A model generated the notes under the pieces. It had not been told where the DNA came from and did not search any database. It was given only the letters and a program-made list of their open reading frames with translations. From a virus: a stretch of DNA of 64,000 bases. The position numbers were made by a program, and so were the translations under genes. The stretch lies in IMG/VR virus record IMGVR_UViG_3300045998_000148, positions 1 through 64,000 of that record; one strand, 5' to 3'. Every line of letters starts with the position of its first letter. Within the stretch, counting starts at the first letter, position 1. Shown piece by piece: positions 38,664 through 49,300 of the stretch.

Positions 38664-41384
38664 TCACAGCTCCGGGAAAAAGGATAGAAACGGAAACTCA
38701 AGCAAGCTAAACTGCAAGCCTAACGCGGCAAAATTGGGGGCGTATTTATCGAGGGGATGGGTCGCATTTTTGCGGCGCACGAACTTCAGATTGGCGCTGT
38801 CGAACGAATACAGATCGACGCGCCATTTATTTTGCACCCGTTCTAGTTCGGCCTCCGTAGGATACTGGGCGATCGCGACGGTAAGGACGCCCTCGCGATC
38901 GGTATAGAGCGTTTCGTTATTGCGCTCGTCATAGTGGGAGGAATCAGAATCGCTCCACGAACGCTCGCGATCTAGGTAATCGAGCAGCAGGGCAGTAAAG
39001 TCACCTGCGGGCGCGACGACAATGCTGCGCGTCAGGCTGCGAGAATCGTTGCCGCAACAGAGGAAAGTCTTTCCGCCGCCGCCCGTAATTTGCACTCCTA
39101 TCGAAACGGGACGAACGACCGTATTGTACGCATTTGCATCCCGCAAGCGCCAAGTATCGTAGGCGTAGCTGATGCTCTCGATCGAACCCTCGTATTCGGC
39201 AAACAGGGGGCCGCTTGCGTCCTGCACGAACAAGGCAACCTGAGTTCCCACCAATTGCGGCTCTCGACCTTCCCACGCATAGACAATCGACTCGGACTGG
39301 CTTCCGGTATAGGTATTGTAAGTAGAAGTATAGCTGCCCGAGCGAGTCACTTCGGCGACGGCGGTAGAGGTGATGCCGACCATCTCGGAAATGCCGACCC
39401 TAAAATGAACGCCATCGTCCGGCTCAAAGGTGACGGTTTGCGGAAAGCCAGCCGCCGCATCGATCGCGGGCTGCCCCGCCGCCGAAAAACGGACGTGAAA
39501 GCGGCTGCCGTCCGATCCGCCTTCCCCGTCAGCGAGGATGTAGTTTGCGCCCGCTTGCGAGACGACAAAACTCTCCGTCCTGTCCTTGAGGCTGCCGTAA
39601 CCCCTGCCCTGGCCGCGATCGCCGACGCCAAATTCATACCCGCCCGTACAGGGCAAGACGGTCAACTTTTTTAGAAAGCTGTGAGGATTGAACGGTCGAT
39701 TCCAACGCAAGTCGCTAATGGGTTGCAGCTCAATACCGTGTAGGTTCTGTTCGACAAAATCGCGAAAGGGAGCTATCGGCGTCGGCGAGGTGGCAACGTC
39801 GGCAAGAACCGTTTGGTCGCGGCTAAAATCATAGCTAAATTCGCGCTGCATCGCCGTTTCAGATACCGATACCGCCCACAGTAACGACTGGGGTACTCCG
39901 CCGTCGCCAATGTCGCCGCACAGCAGGTAACGCGGCTTTTGCGTGCGATTCGAGCAGGCGATCGCGTCACTGAAGCGGTCTTGGAGAAAATAATAGCTCC
40001 GATCTGCCCCTGCTAGGACTTCATAGGTGAAGTAGGACTGGTGATAGGCGTCAAAAACGCGGGTAAAAGCGTGCGCTTCCTGGTAGTTCGAGATCGCATC
40101 GCTGCCCGACAAAAAAGGCATCGCCACATCGACGGCATTGCTGCGTTCGATATTGCCCGACCGACTTTCTTCGAGGTATCGGCGCTCGATATTTGCCGGA
40201 TAAGCGAACCCAGTCGGAAGCCCTCGCACCTCGTAACTGTAGGAAATCGTGCCGGAAGCCGACAGCCCGCGACTGCCCAGGTCGAGGGTATCGGCGACCA
40301 CTTGCTCCGCGTTTGACGGATTGGAAACTAAAGGCGTTACGACAATCGCCCGCAGCGGAATCGAATGATTGGCGGCGATCGTTTCCGATGTATTGACGGT
40401 AGTGCTGTAATTATCGCTATCCACTGTCGATTCGACGATCGTTCCCGACAGCGAAGAGAGAGTGCCGTACTCGACAGTATCGTAAGTCAGATTCAGGGAA
40501 GTCTGATTATTATTGCCTCCAAACTGCTGGCGGGCGATACGCTGCGCGACTGCCGTAAGGTCGGACATATCGTAATATTCAGAGCCAAAGAAATTCAGTG
40601 CGGTCGGCCTCGGATATACCGTGTAATAGACGCCGCTGAAGAGATTGCTGTTGACGGGCGAATTGGCAGCGGAAGAAAATTGCAAGTAGGGAGCGCTGGC
40701 AAAGAGGTCGATAACTTCTTCGTAGCGCGAAAATAAAAACTGTCGGCCATAGCGCGTATCGCCGAGCGGCATTGCGCCAGAAACGGCAATCCTGCGAAGT
40801 CCCGGAAATTCGCCGCCCTCGAAGGGGGCGATCGCATCGACGGGGGCGATAAAATCGCCGCTTTCTTCATGCGAATGAAGGAGGCCGATACCGCCGCCGA
40901 GATGTCGGAAATGGGGATTGACGTTAAAAAAAACGGAGTCGGGGATATCCAAAGAAAAATTATTGACGTAGAGGCGGAATTCGCCCTCGTAGAAAGGAAG
41001 GTCGAGATAGTATTGGGCATCGAAGCGGCGCTGAATGCGAGCGACCCCGTAAAAAGAGACGAAATCGCTGCGAGACGTACCCGTATTGGCAAAGCCGATA
41101 AACAGGCAACTGTAATTATCGTTCTCTGCAAGGGTGGCCGCCGCCAGCAGGGTAGGAGATGGCCTGCGATCGCCGAATACGACTGCGCCAATCGAGCCGT
41201 CCATCAGCCGATAATCCCAGCCCCCCTTAAACAGATAGCGCTTCTTAATGCGATTGGGCGACGACCCGCGCCGATAGCGAAAGGCGACCGAACGGCGTAC
41301 CGACGGGCTGAGCGGCTCGGAAGGCGGCAATCTCTGTTGCTGCAATCGAATGATTTCGAGTAACTTGCGCTCGCGATCGCCCAT
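38664..41384 (-). CDS. Large beta-rich putative tail/receptor-binding protein
   Basis: 906 aa, Ser/Thr/Tyr/Phe-rich; no recognised motif. Confidence 0.5.
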   Translation of the reverse strand: MGDRERKLLEIIRLQQQRLPPSEPLSPSVRRSVAFRYRRGSSPNRIKKRYLFKGGWDYRLMDGSIGAVVFGDRRPSPTLLAAATLAENDNYSCLFIGFANTGTSRSDFVSFYGVARIQRRFDAQYYLDLPFYEGEFRLYVNNFSLDIPDSVFFNVNPHFRHLGGGIGLLHSHEESGDFIAPVDAIAPFEGGEFPGLRRIAVSGAMPLGDTRYGRQFLFSRYEEVIDLFASAPYLQFSSAANSPVNSNLFSGVYYTVYPRPTALNFFGSEYYDMSDLTAVAQRIARQQFGGNNNQTSLNLTYDTVEYGTLSSLSGTIVESTVDSDNYSTTVNTSETIAANHSIPLRAIVVTPLVSNPSNAEQVVADTLDLGSRGLSASGTISYSYEVRGLPTGFAYPANIERRYLEESRSGNIERSNAVDVAMPFLSGSDAISNYQEAHAFTRVFDAYHQSYFTYEVLAGADRSYYFLQDRFSDAIACSNRTQKPRYLLCGDIGDGGVPQSLLWAVSVSETAMQREFSYDFSRDQTVLADVATSPTPIAPFRDFVEQNLHGIELQPISDLRWNRPFNPHSFLKKLTVLPCTGGYEFGVGDRGQGRGYGSLKDRTESFVVSQAGANYILADGEGGSDGSRFHVRFSAAGQPAIDAAAGFPQTVTFEPDDGVHFRVGISEMVGITSTAVAEVTRSGSYTSTYNTYTGSQSESIVYAWEGREPQLVGTQVALFVQDASGPLFAEYEGSIESISYAYDTWRLRDANAYNTVVRPVSIGVQITGGGGKTFLCCGNDSRSLTRSIVVAPAGDFTALLLDYLDRERSWSDSDSSHYDERNNETLYTDREGVLTVAIAQYPTEAELERVQNKWRVDLYSFDSANLKFVRRKNATHPLDKYAPNFAALGLQFSLLEFPFLSFFPEL

Positions 41385-41402
41385 AAGTTAAGTAAGGTCG
41401 GT

Positions 41403-42188
41403 TCAAAGAGAAAGGGCAGACCGCGCCCGATTCCAGTAGGCTAAGCGATCGTTTAATCCGTTGAGGCCGCCGTTAATCCTGCGCGTAACCTGCTTGAAAG
41501 CGTTCAAGTTATTCGCTTTGGCAATCCTATTGAGCTGCCTCGTGTGCCAGAACCAGCCCGCCACCCCCGCACTGAGGTAGGGATCGTCGGCAACGCGCTC
41601 CGGTTCGCCCATCAAGTCCATATTAAAAAACTCCCCCGCCTGCTTGTAGTTTGTCGCGCCCGTCAGTTGGATCAGGCCGCGCCCCTTATAGCGGACGCCC
41701 CATCCCGGCCTGATATTGCCCAAATCCGCCCTGCCCTCGTAAGCGCTGCCGTCTGCAATCTCCTCCTTATAGCGGAGGGAACCGGACTCGTGAGCTAGTT
41801 GAGCGATAAACATCGCCACCTGAGACGGCGTTTCGATCGCGAAACGAGCCAGGGTAGCGTTAATCGGGTCGAGATAGGTATTGATATTCGCCCGACTCGC
41901 ATTCGGCATGACGTAGCGATAGAACTCTTTATCCAACAACACGACTGGACTTTGCGGGCGTGCAGCGGGCGGCTCGATGACAGACCAATGATCGGCAAAA
42001 ACATAGCGCTTGCCCGAACGGGCGGCGAGGGTGACGAGCCAGTGGCCGGAAGGGGCGTCTTCTATCGTCTCGACGCCGTATTCCCTGCCTGCCGGAACGA
42101 ATTGCAGCGCATCGGGCGCGAGGTCTTGCGAGGGCATGGGAGCCGACTTCAACCAAGTAATGACTTTAGCTTTAATTTTTTTTTGCAT
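41403..42188 (-). CDS. GH19 chitinase-like endolysin with SH3-like N-terminus
   Basis: FIAQLAHESG, YEGRADLGN, YKGRGLIQLTG, VTRRINGGLNGLNDR; start MQKKIK at 42188. Confidence 0.92.
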   Translation of the reverse strand: MQKKIKAKVITWLKSAPMPSQDLAPDALQFVPAGREYGVETIEDAPSGHWLVTLAARSGKRYVFADHWSVIEPPAARPQSPVVLLDKEFYRYVMPNASRANINTYLDPINATLARFAIETPSQVAMFIAQLAHESGSLRYKEEIADGSAYEGRADLGNIRPGWGVRYKGRGLIQLTGATNYKQAGEFFNMDLMGEPERVADDPYLSAGVAGWFWHTRQLNRIAKANNLNAFKQVTRRINGGLNGLNDRLAYWNRARSALSL

Positions 42189-42600
42189 CGAACTCTTTAT
42201 CCAACAACACGACTGGACTTTGCGAGCGTGCAGCGGGCGGCTCGATGACAGACCAACGATCGGCAAAAACATAGCGCAACACGACTGGACTTTGCGGGCG
42301 TGCAGCGGGCGGCTCGATGACAGACCAACGATCGGCAAAAACATAGCGCAACACGACTGGACTTTGCGGGCGTGCAGCGGGCGGCTCGATGACAGACCAA
42401 TGATCGGCAAAAACATAGCGCTTGCCCGAACGGGCGGCGAGGGTGACGAGCCAGTGGCCGGAAGGGGCGTCTTCTATCGTCTCGACGCCGTATTCCCTGC
42501 CTGCCGGAACGAATTGCAGCGCATCGGGCGCGAGGTCTTGCGAGGGCATGGGAGCCGACTTCAACCAAGTAATGACTTTAGCTTTAATTTTTTTTTGCAT
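42172..42600 (-). pseudogene. Duplicated, truncated N-terminus of the GH19 endolysin with a triplicated 72-bp unit
   Basis: First ~84 aa identical to 41403-42188; RYVFADxWSVIEPPAARxQSPVVL x3, then a stop. Confidence 0.7.
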
Positions 42601-43663
42601 CGAACGCAGCCGCCAATTCTTTCAAAGTCGAATCAGTTGAGAGGTAAAAGCCCGCCGCATTGCGGTGGCCGCCGCCGCCAAAACGCAGGGCAATTTCGGA
42701 AACGTCCCAATTGCTGCCGTTTTTATCGGAGCGCAGCTCCCACTTGCCCTCCGCGTTGTAGCAGGCCACAAAAGGGGAGCCTGTATATTTTTTGTACAGC
42801 GCCCTGCAAATATCGGAAGCGAGATAATCGCGACCTTTCCCCGTCCTCACCGCAGGAATGGAAAAACGGTCAATTTTCACCCACTGCACCTCATTTTCGA
42901 CATATTGGCGGACGATCCTTGCATTTTCTTCTACGGCGCGTTTGCCTACAGGCTGCAAAAACCAAAACAGCTCTTGCTCGGTCATTTCGGCAAGGCGATC
43001 GAGGAGCGCAAAATTGAGGCCGAGCGCCCGCAGCGCTTCGTGAATCCACTTCGTTTCGGGGTATTTGAACTCGAAGAGGTCGCGATCTTTGATGAATTTG
43101 AGGATGGGGGGCTTCTCTTGGCCCACAAAAAAATAATTCCAGCAGGCCGTAGCACCCGACTCTTCTAAATCGAAAAAACAATCAGCCCTGTCGCCAATTT
43201 CTTTGAAAGCGCTTTTGTGGTGGTCGATGACGAGAAGGACGTTTACTTTAGACGCCAACAGATCGAGCTGATCTGGAGTAAAACTAAAATCGACCGCGTA
43301 CAGCTTGTCGATGTCGTCCGGCAAAGTGGCGCAAAAAGCTTGGCGGCGATCGTAGGTACAGGGTACGGCGATCGCGTCGGGATAGTATCGCCGGACGACC
43401 CAGGCAGAAGCTATGCCGTCGTGACAGGACGTATCCTCGCTAAGTTGATGGTAAACTGCCGCGATTTTTACCCTCGCCGAGGTCGCACCGCCGTCTTGGT
43501 GCGCGTTCCCTTGGCGAGGAAGCCTCGCCGGGGTCGCACCGCCGTCTTGGTGCGCGTTCCCTTGGCGAGGAAGCCTCGCCGGGGTCGCACCGCCGTCTTG
43601 GTGCGCGTTCCCTTGGCGAGGAAGCCTCGCCGGGGTCGCACCGCTACCTGTATCGCTTGCCAT
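42584..43663 (-). CDS. DHH/DHHA1 phosphoesterase
   Basis: CHDG, VDFSF, IDHH, ESGA, DRDL, GGGGHRNAAGF. Confidence 0.9.
   Translation of the reverse strand: MASDTGSGATPARLPRQGNAHQDGGATPARLPRQGNAHQDGGATPARLPRQGNAHQDGGATSARVKIAAVYHQLSEDTSCHDGIASAWVVRRYYPDAIAVPCTYDRRQAFCATLPDDIDKLYAVDFSFTPDQLDLLASKVNVLLVIDHHKSAFKEIGDRADCFFDLEESGATACWNYFFVGQEKPPILKFIKDRDLFEFKYPETKWIHEALRALGLNFALLDRLAEMTEQELFWFLQPVGKRAVEENARIVRQYVENEVQWVKIDRFSIPAVRTGKGRDYLASDICRALYKKYTGSPFVACYNAEGKWELRSDKNGSNWDVSEIALRFGGGGHRNAAGFYLSTDSTLKELAAAFDAKKN
43472..43645. repeat. 51-bp hairpin element family A, x3.4 tandem
   Basis: Same unit, in the DHH gene N-terminus. Confidence 0.95.
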
Positions 43664-43672
43664 GTTTGTTTT

Positions 43673-43855
43673 TCAACGATTGCGAAGGGAAGAACGAGAT
43701 CGCACGGTGCGGGTCAATTCCGTTTGGAGGGGATACTGTGCGACGACGCGCCCCCGCTCCCGAACGACCAAAAAGTTGCCTTCCTGTCTAATTGTACGGG
43801 AATTCAAGCGAATCAAGTCGATTAGTTTTTGCGCGTCACTGTTCGGGGGCGACAT
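43673..43855 (-). CDS. Small hypothetical protein
   Basis: 60 aa, in operon, overlaps the upstream stop. Confidence 0.45.
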   Translation of the reverse strand: MSPPNSDAQKLIDLIRLNSRTIRQEGNFLVVRERGRVVAQYPLQTELTRTVRSRSSLRNR

Positions 43856-46274
43856 ACTTGAACCTCCTCCTATTTTCTAAGCCAGAAACGGTGCTGCCCA
43901 ACTGTCCCGCCGCTCCCGCCGCAAAATCGGAAGACAGATCTGGATCTTTGGGGTTGCTGTTATTGTTATTTTGCTTCGGTTCCTGGCGATGGGTCAGCCC
44001 CGCCTTAACCAAACGCCCAGTCGAAATTTGCGTGCCGCCGCCCGTCATGGCATAGCGGTAGCCGCGCCGCGCCGAGCTGTCATCGCTATCGATCTCCAGC
44101 GACACGCTCGCACTCAACACGATTTCGTTCCCCGCAACAGCTCCCGGCAGCGCGTTGGGATAGTACCAGGCGATCGTCTTCTGACTGGCATTAGTCGAAA
44201 GAGACTGCAACTGCATTTCTGTCTTGGCCGCGACCATCGCCTCGTGTAAATTCCCCGCATACTGAAAGGAAATTTGTTCGGGCGGGTTGACTAACTTCTT
44301 ACTGTTGCTAGACGTTATGTAGTAATCGAATTCTTTCTCGCGGAGCGCGTTGGGGTCGGCTTCGGTCGGATTGCCGCCGTCTTCGCGATCCTCCCACCTC
44401 GCCTGCCTCGAATTGGGCGACGGCGGAGTGCCGCCAATCGTCTCCTGCTCTACCTCCTGCGCGAAATCCTCAAAACCGACATTCTGACCGCTGGCGGAGG
44501 TGCGCTCCTCGAAGTAGGAAGAGGCGTCGATCAAGTTGCGCTCGACTTCCTGATAGAGTTCTTCTCCCGTCACCAGCGGCGGCGCGATCGGGTCGTCCGC
44601 CTTCTCTGGATCGGGCATCCAGGCAAAAGCAATCTTTTCCTTTTTCGTGCGGGCGATATAGTATTGCTCGACGTAATTGGGATCGACGGTTACTACACCC
44701 ACCCTTCCCTTCTTGTTGACGTACTTGCTATTCGTCACCAAACTTTTAATGCGCGGCGGCAGTTGACTATAATCCTGCCAGGAAACGGTGAACGGCGATT
44801 TCTGGCGCGTCTCCTTCTCTAATTTCGCCAGATCCTTGTCTGCTTGCAGGTTAGCAGTGGAAAGCGCCGCTAGGATGTCCTTCCGCAAGCTCTTGAGCAA
44901 GATAGTTTCTTCGCCGTAGGACTGCACCCAGCGAAAGCGATAGGCCGCCATGAGCCGATTAAATTCCGACTCAGAGATGCCGCCCGATTGCAAGTCGAGC
45001 AGGTAATTGGCCGCTTCGTTTTCCTCCGACTCGCCTTTTAGAGGAATCCACTTGCGCCCCCTGGTCTTAACCCGCACCAAAAATTCGACCGAGGGCTTGT
45101 AGCTGACAAAATTAGTAAAATCCGATTGCTGCTGGCCGACGAGGGGCAGGTAATCGGGGTCGATAATCAGCGGCGTCCCCCGCTCGAACTCGTTCGTCGG
45201 ATCTTCGCGAGCTTCGAGGCGAAAGGCGATAGCGCTCAGCCCTTCGTAGATATACTCCTGCGCCTCTTCCTCGACTATCTTCCAGTGTTTTTTTGGCTCG
45301 TCCGTCCCGATCTCGTAGTCGCCTTCACTGCCCTGGAGGATATCGGCAGAAAGATAGGCAAATCCCTTTGTCTGTTGCACGGTCTTAAAAGGCTGTCCGT
45401 CGTGTAGCGTCGTCGTCACCTTTGTCTTGAGCGGCCCACTCTTATGAGCATTGCTGTCGAGGGTAAGGATTATCTCGCTGCCCTGCGGCGGGTCGTCGAA
45501 ATCCTCAGTCTGCTTTACGAATTCTCTTATTTCCGGCTCTCGCTTGGTAAAGCGCGGCGGGCGATCGTCGTTATCCGGGTCTTCGTCCTCATCTTTATTT
45601 TTGGGGGCGACATTATCCCAGCTCAATAGCGTATCGCTATAGCCGTACTCGTCGGTCGTCAGTATTTTTTGTTCGGCAAACCAGCGATCTTCTGTCGGCA
45701 GCGCGACTGCCTTGCCCCTGCCCAAGATGGCAAAGGCAATGCCCTTTTTGCCGTATTCGAGATAGCCGCCGTGGATGCGAGCTATCTCGACGGCGAGCTG
45801 CACTGGGTCGAATACCGCCTGCGTTGCCTTGTCGTCTTGCAGCCAGAGCAAGTGATTTGGCATCTGGATCGGACACTTGCACCGATTAAATACCTGACTC
45901 GTACTGATGTACTTTGTGCCGCGCTGGATGGGAACCTTCAATCGAGAGCGCAGCTCCCGCGACCACTTCCACTCGCATTCGAGGCTGACATCGTAGGTTC
46001 GCAGATTGCCGTAGCGATGCACCGAGATCGCCTCGGCAAGGGTAGAAGAAACCGAGCGGACGACAAAGGGGAAGCCCTCAAAACTGACGCCCTGGCCGCC
46101 ACTATTCTCTAGTTTCTTGCGAAAGGAACGAGTACAACCGCGATAGGAAATCGAGAGGGTAGGGGGCTGCTCGAACGAAGTCGAAAAACTGACCGAACCG
46201 TAAAACATATCCTGCGGCAGCTTCATATTGGGTCGCACGAGGTTGACGCTGGGACGGCTGACTCGATAACGCAT
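43836..46274 (-). CDS. Putative tail hub/tail-associated protein
   Basis: About 812 aa from MRYRVS; located among putative tail genes. Confidence 0.5.
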   Translation of the reverse strand: MRYRVSRPSVNLVRPNMKLPQDMFYGSVSFSTSFEQPPTLSISYRGCTRSFRKKLENSGGQGVSFEGFPFVVRSVSSTLAEAISVHRYGNLRTYDVSLECEWKWSRELRSRLKVPIQRGTKYISTSQVFNRCKCPIQMPNHLLWLQDDKATQAVFDPVQLAVEIARIHGGYLEYGKKGIAFAILGRGKAVALPTEDRWFAEQKILTTDEYGYSDTLLSWDNVAPKNKDEDEDPDNDDRPPRFTKREPEIREFVKQTEDFDDPPQGSEIILTLDSNAHKSGPLKTKVTTTLHDGQPFKTVQQTKGFAYLSADILQGSEGDYEIGTDEPKKHWKIVEEEAQEYIYEGLSAIAFRLEAREDPTNEFERGTPLIIDPDYLPLVGQQQSDFTNFVSYKPSVEFLVRVKTRGRKWIPLKGESEENEAANYLLDLQSGGISESEFNRLMAAYRFRWVQSYGEETILLKSLRKDILAALSTANLQADKDLAKLEKETRQKSPFTVSWQDYSQLPPRIKSLVTNSKYVNKKGRVGVVTVDPNYVEQYYIARTKKEKIAFAWMPDPEKADDPIAPPLVTGEELYQEVERNLIDASSYFEERTSASGQNVGFEDFAQEVEQETIGGTPPSPNSRQARWEDREDGGNPTEADPNALREKEFDYYITSSNSKKLVNPPEQISFQYAGNLHEAMVAAKTEMQLQSLSTNASQKTIAWYYPNALPGAVAGNEIVLSASVSLEIDSDDSSARRGYRYAMTGGGTQISTGRLVKAGLTHRQEPKQNNNNSNPKDPDLSSDFAAGAAGQLGSTVSGLENRRRFKYVAPEQ

Positions 46275-46278
46275 GGCA

Positions 46279-47184
46279 TCAATTCGCAGTAAGGCGCTGG
46301 TAGACGATCGCCAGCCCTGCCGCCCTCGGAATGGCTGCCGCCTCCAGCGAGCGGGAGTACAGTTTTTCACTCGCGGCAGCGGCGGGTCGCATCAATGGCA
46401 GGTAGAACAAGCCGACGTTGCGGTTGGCATTGGCCTCGTCGCCAATCGCGTCCGGCAGCCAGATAAAGCGACAGGGTGCTGGAAAATTTTGGCTCTCGTA
46501 CCAGAGGGGGCGACCGTACATTTCGGCAAAGAGCGGCCTGTCCTCCAACTCCATCTCGATCGCAGTCAATGAAGGAGTCAGCGATACCTGCAAGTCGATG
46601 GCGATCGTCATTTCGTCTTCGGCGGCGATCGCGTACTGGGGAGGAGCCAAATGAAGCAATACCTCGCGACCGTCTTGCTCGAAACTTCCAGGCTGCGTTC
46701 CCGGCAAAAAACGACGCGCCCCGAGCGAGCGATCGCCGATGTCGATATAAGCCACCGATGCGCCGTCAAAGCGCTCGTCCAGGCGGTACTCGTAGCCAGT
46801 GCCGATAGAGACGCCCGAAACGACGGCAAAAAGCAGGCGCAGCGAGACTGCCTGCGACTGCCTCAGCGGGGAGAGAAAGTGAACGCAATTGCCCTCGACC
46901 CAACAAAAAATATCCTCCACCGCCATCGCGCCGAGCAACTCGACGGCATCGGGAAGGTCGTAGCGAGAGTAATAATAATTGGCTGCGCCCACGGCAAAGC
47001 TGTCCGCAGGCGATACCCCGACAGGCAAGCCGCCAGCGTAATCGAAGGCAAAAGCAGCAGCGCCCTGCGGGGAAGGAGGCGCAAGGCGAAAAGCACCCGA
47101 CCGCCCGCGCAATACCGCCTCGCCGTCCGCGATCGCTTCGGGCAAAAAAGCATCGCCTTCTGGGGATCTGCCGAGACGAAACAT
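46279..47184 (-). CDS. Hypothetical (putative distal tail) protein
   Basis: 301-aa ORF in operon. Confidence 0.5.
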   Translation of the reverse strand: MFRLGRSPEGDAFLPEAIADGEAVLRGRSGAFRLAPPSPQGAAAFAFDYAGGLPVGVSPADSFAVGAANYYYSRYDLPDAVELLGAMAVEDIFCWVEGNCVHFLSPLRQSQAVSLRLLFAVVSGVSIGTGYEYRLDERFDGASVAYIDIGDRSLGARRFLPGTQPGSFEQDGREVLLHLAPPQYAIAAEDEMTIAIDLQVSLTPSLTAIEMELEDRPLFAEMYGRPLWYESQNFPAPCRFIWLPDAIGDEANANRNVGLFYLPLMRPAAAASEKLYSRSLEAAAIPRAAGLAIVYQRLTAN

Positions 47185-47190
47185 CGGACT

Positions 47191-47601
47191 TTAGGTGTAA
47201 GCGCCCGAGCTGTATTCGAGAGAAACCTGCTGGTCGTAAACGGCAATGCCGTTGACCAAAGTAGGCACGGAAGGAGTAAACCTCGTCGGCTTCATCTCAA
47301 ATAATTGAATAGCGCCCAAGACGATATCGAACGCGACGTAAGACTGCTGGATGAGCTGCACCTTACTGGTATCGAATCGATTTTGAATGGTCGCCATGAT
47401 CGCATCGTTAAGGCCGACCGCATTTAGGGTAAGCGTCCGCCGCACGAGCTGGACGACCGTTCCGACCGAATCCTGAATCGGAATGTCCTTCGTCTCGCCA
47501 TCTCCGATCTGCGCCTGGTCGGTAGGGACGTAAAAACTAATCCCCCCCGGCGTATCGTTAAATAAGAAATTTGTAGCTTGAATTGTCATGAGTGGAACCA
47601 A
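47191..47601 (-). CDS. Putative tail tube-like protein
   Basis: 136 aa with beta-rich tube-like composition; low certainty. Confidence 0.4.
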   Translation of the reverse strand: MVPLMTIQATNFLFNDTPGGISFYVPTDQAQIGDGETKDIPIQDSVGTVVQLVRRTLTLNAVGLNDAIMATIQNRFDTSKVQLIQQSYVAFDIVLGAIQLFEMKPTRFTPSVPTLVNGIAVYDQQVSLEYSSGAYT

Positions 47602-47709
47602 GCCGCCGTATTGTTACCAACCATAGTAGCGCGATCGGAGGCGATCGCAATGCCCCTGACAACGCAATGCACCTGACCGAAAAAAACGATCGCGAGGGAT
47701 ATAACGACC

Positions 47710-48024
47710 ATGCGGGACTTGAGCCAATTTTTGCGGGAGGACTGTTCCGATCGCTTTTCCATGACTCGGCTGATCTGCTTCTTTTTCGCCCTAAATGCGA
47801 TCTACCTGAGCTGGACTCTGACGGGCAACGAACGACTCGCCGCGATCGGCGCGTTCATCGGCGGAGCGGCCTACACCAAAATCGCCCAGAAAAAAATCGA
47901 ACGCAACATCTTGAAAGATCACAACTTGCAATACCCCGAAAACCCCCAAGACCCCCAAGACCCCCAAGACCCCCAAGAAAACGAAGCCGAACGCCCGACC
48001 CCCGACCAGTCCGAATTGAATTAG
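47710..48024 (+). CDS. Holin-like membrane protein
   Basis: FSMTRL followed by two transmembrane-like segments and a KxxQKKIE tail; (PQD)n 9-bp repeats. Confidence 0.55.
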   Translation: MRDLSQFLREDCSDRFSMTRLICFFFALNAIYLSWTLTGNERLAAIGAFIGGAAYTKIAQKKIERNILKDHNLQYPENPQDPQDPQDPQENEAERPTPDQSELN

Positions 48025-48136
48025 CCAAAAAAGACGCGATCGCAGACTAATTTAACAATTTTTAGCGAAAAAGACTTGTTCTTACCGCCTTTTTGAGCTA
48101 TACTTTCATCAATACCGTTTTTTCGCCGCTATTATC

Positions 48137-49249
48137 ATGCCTACTGCTGCCAAGACAGCAGCGCGATCCCGCATGGCCGCACGACCTGACAGCAGTGCGA
48201 CCCAAGGAAACGCGCATCAAAAGACTTTGCGCCATCGGTTCTACCGCGACGACCTGCTCTACCGCGCCGACGTAAAGAAGAAAGAGACAGTCCCCACCCT
48301 CGTCCTGTTTGCAGGGGGCGGGCTGGCCGATATCGGCTTACAGGCAGCGGGATTCGAGCCGATCGCCGCCGTCGAGAAAGACCCCGCGATCGCCGCTTGC
48401 TATCGCCTCAACCACGGCGAACGGGTAATCGAAGCAGACTGCAATGCAATCGACTACAAGCAATTCGGCAGGGGTTGGGCGAAAGCGATTTGGTGCAGTC
48501 CGCCCTGTCAGCAGTGGTCGCAAGCTCGCGATAAGGCGCTGCCCTGCCGCGAGGATGGCGACGTCAGCGATGCCATAATCCGCGCAATCGCCGAGATCGA
48601 GCCGCAGTATTTCTTTTTGGAAAACGTGCGGGGATACCTCAAGTCTCCGGCCTACGCCGCAATAATAAGCTGGCTGTTTGCCTCCGGCTATGGCGTCGAT
48701 GCCCGCGTCTACAACGCCGCCAACTACGGCGTACCGCAAAACCGACTGCGCCTGGTCGTGCGAGCCGTTCGCGATCGGGTCGTCCTTCCCTACCCCCCTA
48801 CTCGCAACCCGCAGAAGGTCGGCTGGTTTGAGGCGATCGCCCCTCAATTGAGTGAATGCCCGCAAGTCGAACTCGCCAACTGGCAGAAGCACAAGTTATT
48901 CCAGCAGTACCCCGCCTTTTTCCTTTCCGAAAAGACGGAGAAGGGGCGTGCGCTCGTCCCCCGCGTCGGCTTTCGAGGAGATAAGCTGCCCCTATACACC
49001 GAACAAAAGACCGCTCCCACCCTGCGAGCGCTGGGTCACGACCGACATTGGCGGCAACTCGACGCGATTGCCTGGGACGAACACCACCGCCTGTCCTCGG
49101 TACAAGCCGTCTCGCCTCGCTGTTTTGCAATCCTGCAATCCGTCCCCAAATGGTACGCCCTGCCGGAAGACAACTGCGACGCCACCCGCATTATCGGCAA
49201 CGGCGTACCTCCCCTCCTCGCCTACGCGATCGCCACCTCCTTATTGTGA
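48137..49249 (+). CDS. C5 DNA cytosine methyltransferase
   Basis: LFAGGG (motif I), SPPCQ (IV), ENV (VI), PQNRLR (VIII), IGNGVPP (X). Confidence 0.93.
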   Translation: MPTAAKTAARSRMAARPDSSATQGNAHQKTLRHRFYRDDLLYRADVKKKETVPTLVLFAGGGLADIGLQAAGFEPIAAVEKDPAIAACYRLNHGERVIEADCNAIDYKQFGRGWAKAIWCSPPCQQWSQARDKALPCREDGDVSDAIIRAIAEIEPQYFFLENVRGYLKSPAYAAIISWLFASGYGVDARVYNAANYGVPQNRLRLVVRAVRDRVVLPYPPTRNPQKVGWFEAIAPQLSECPQVELANWQKHKLFQQYPAFFLSEKTEKGRALVPRVGFRGDKLPLYTEQKTAPTLRALGHDRHWRQLDAIAWDEHHRLSSVQAVSPRCFAILQSVPKWYALPEDNCDATRIIGNGVPPLLAYAIATSLL

Positions 49250-49300
49250 GGTATTATTTTTTGCAAAGCCCGTCCTAATATTTACAACAAGCAGGAAAAG

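Noticed and set aside
42189-42416. N-terminal repeats of the 337-aa endolysin ORF (MFLPIIGLSSSRPLH...)
   Set aside because: Off-frame reading of the 72-bp repeats; the lysin starts at 42188.
41939-42421. Diversity-generating retroelement TR/VR pair
   Set aside because: No reverse transcriptase in the window, and the few differences are not a pattern of adenine-specific variation.
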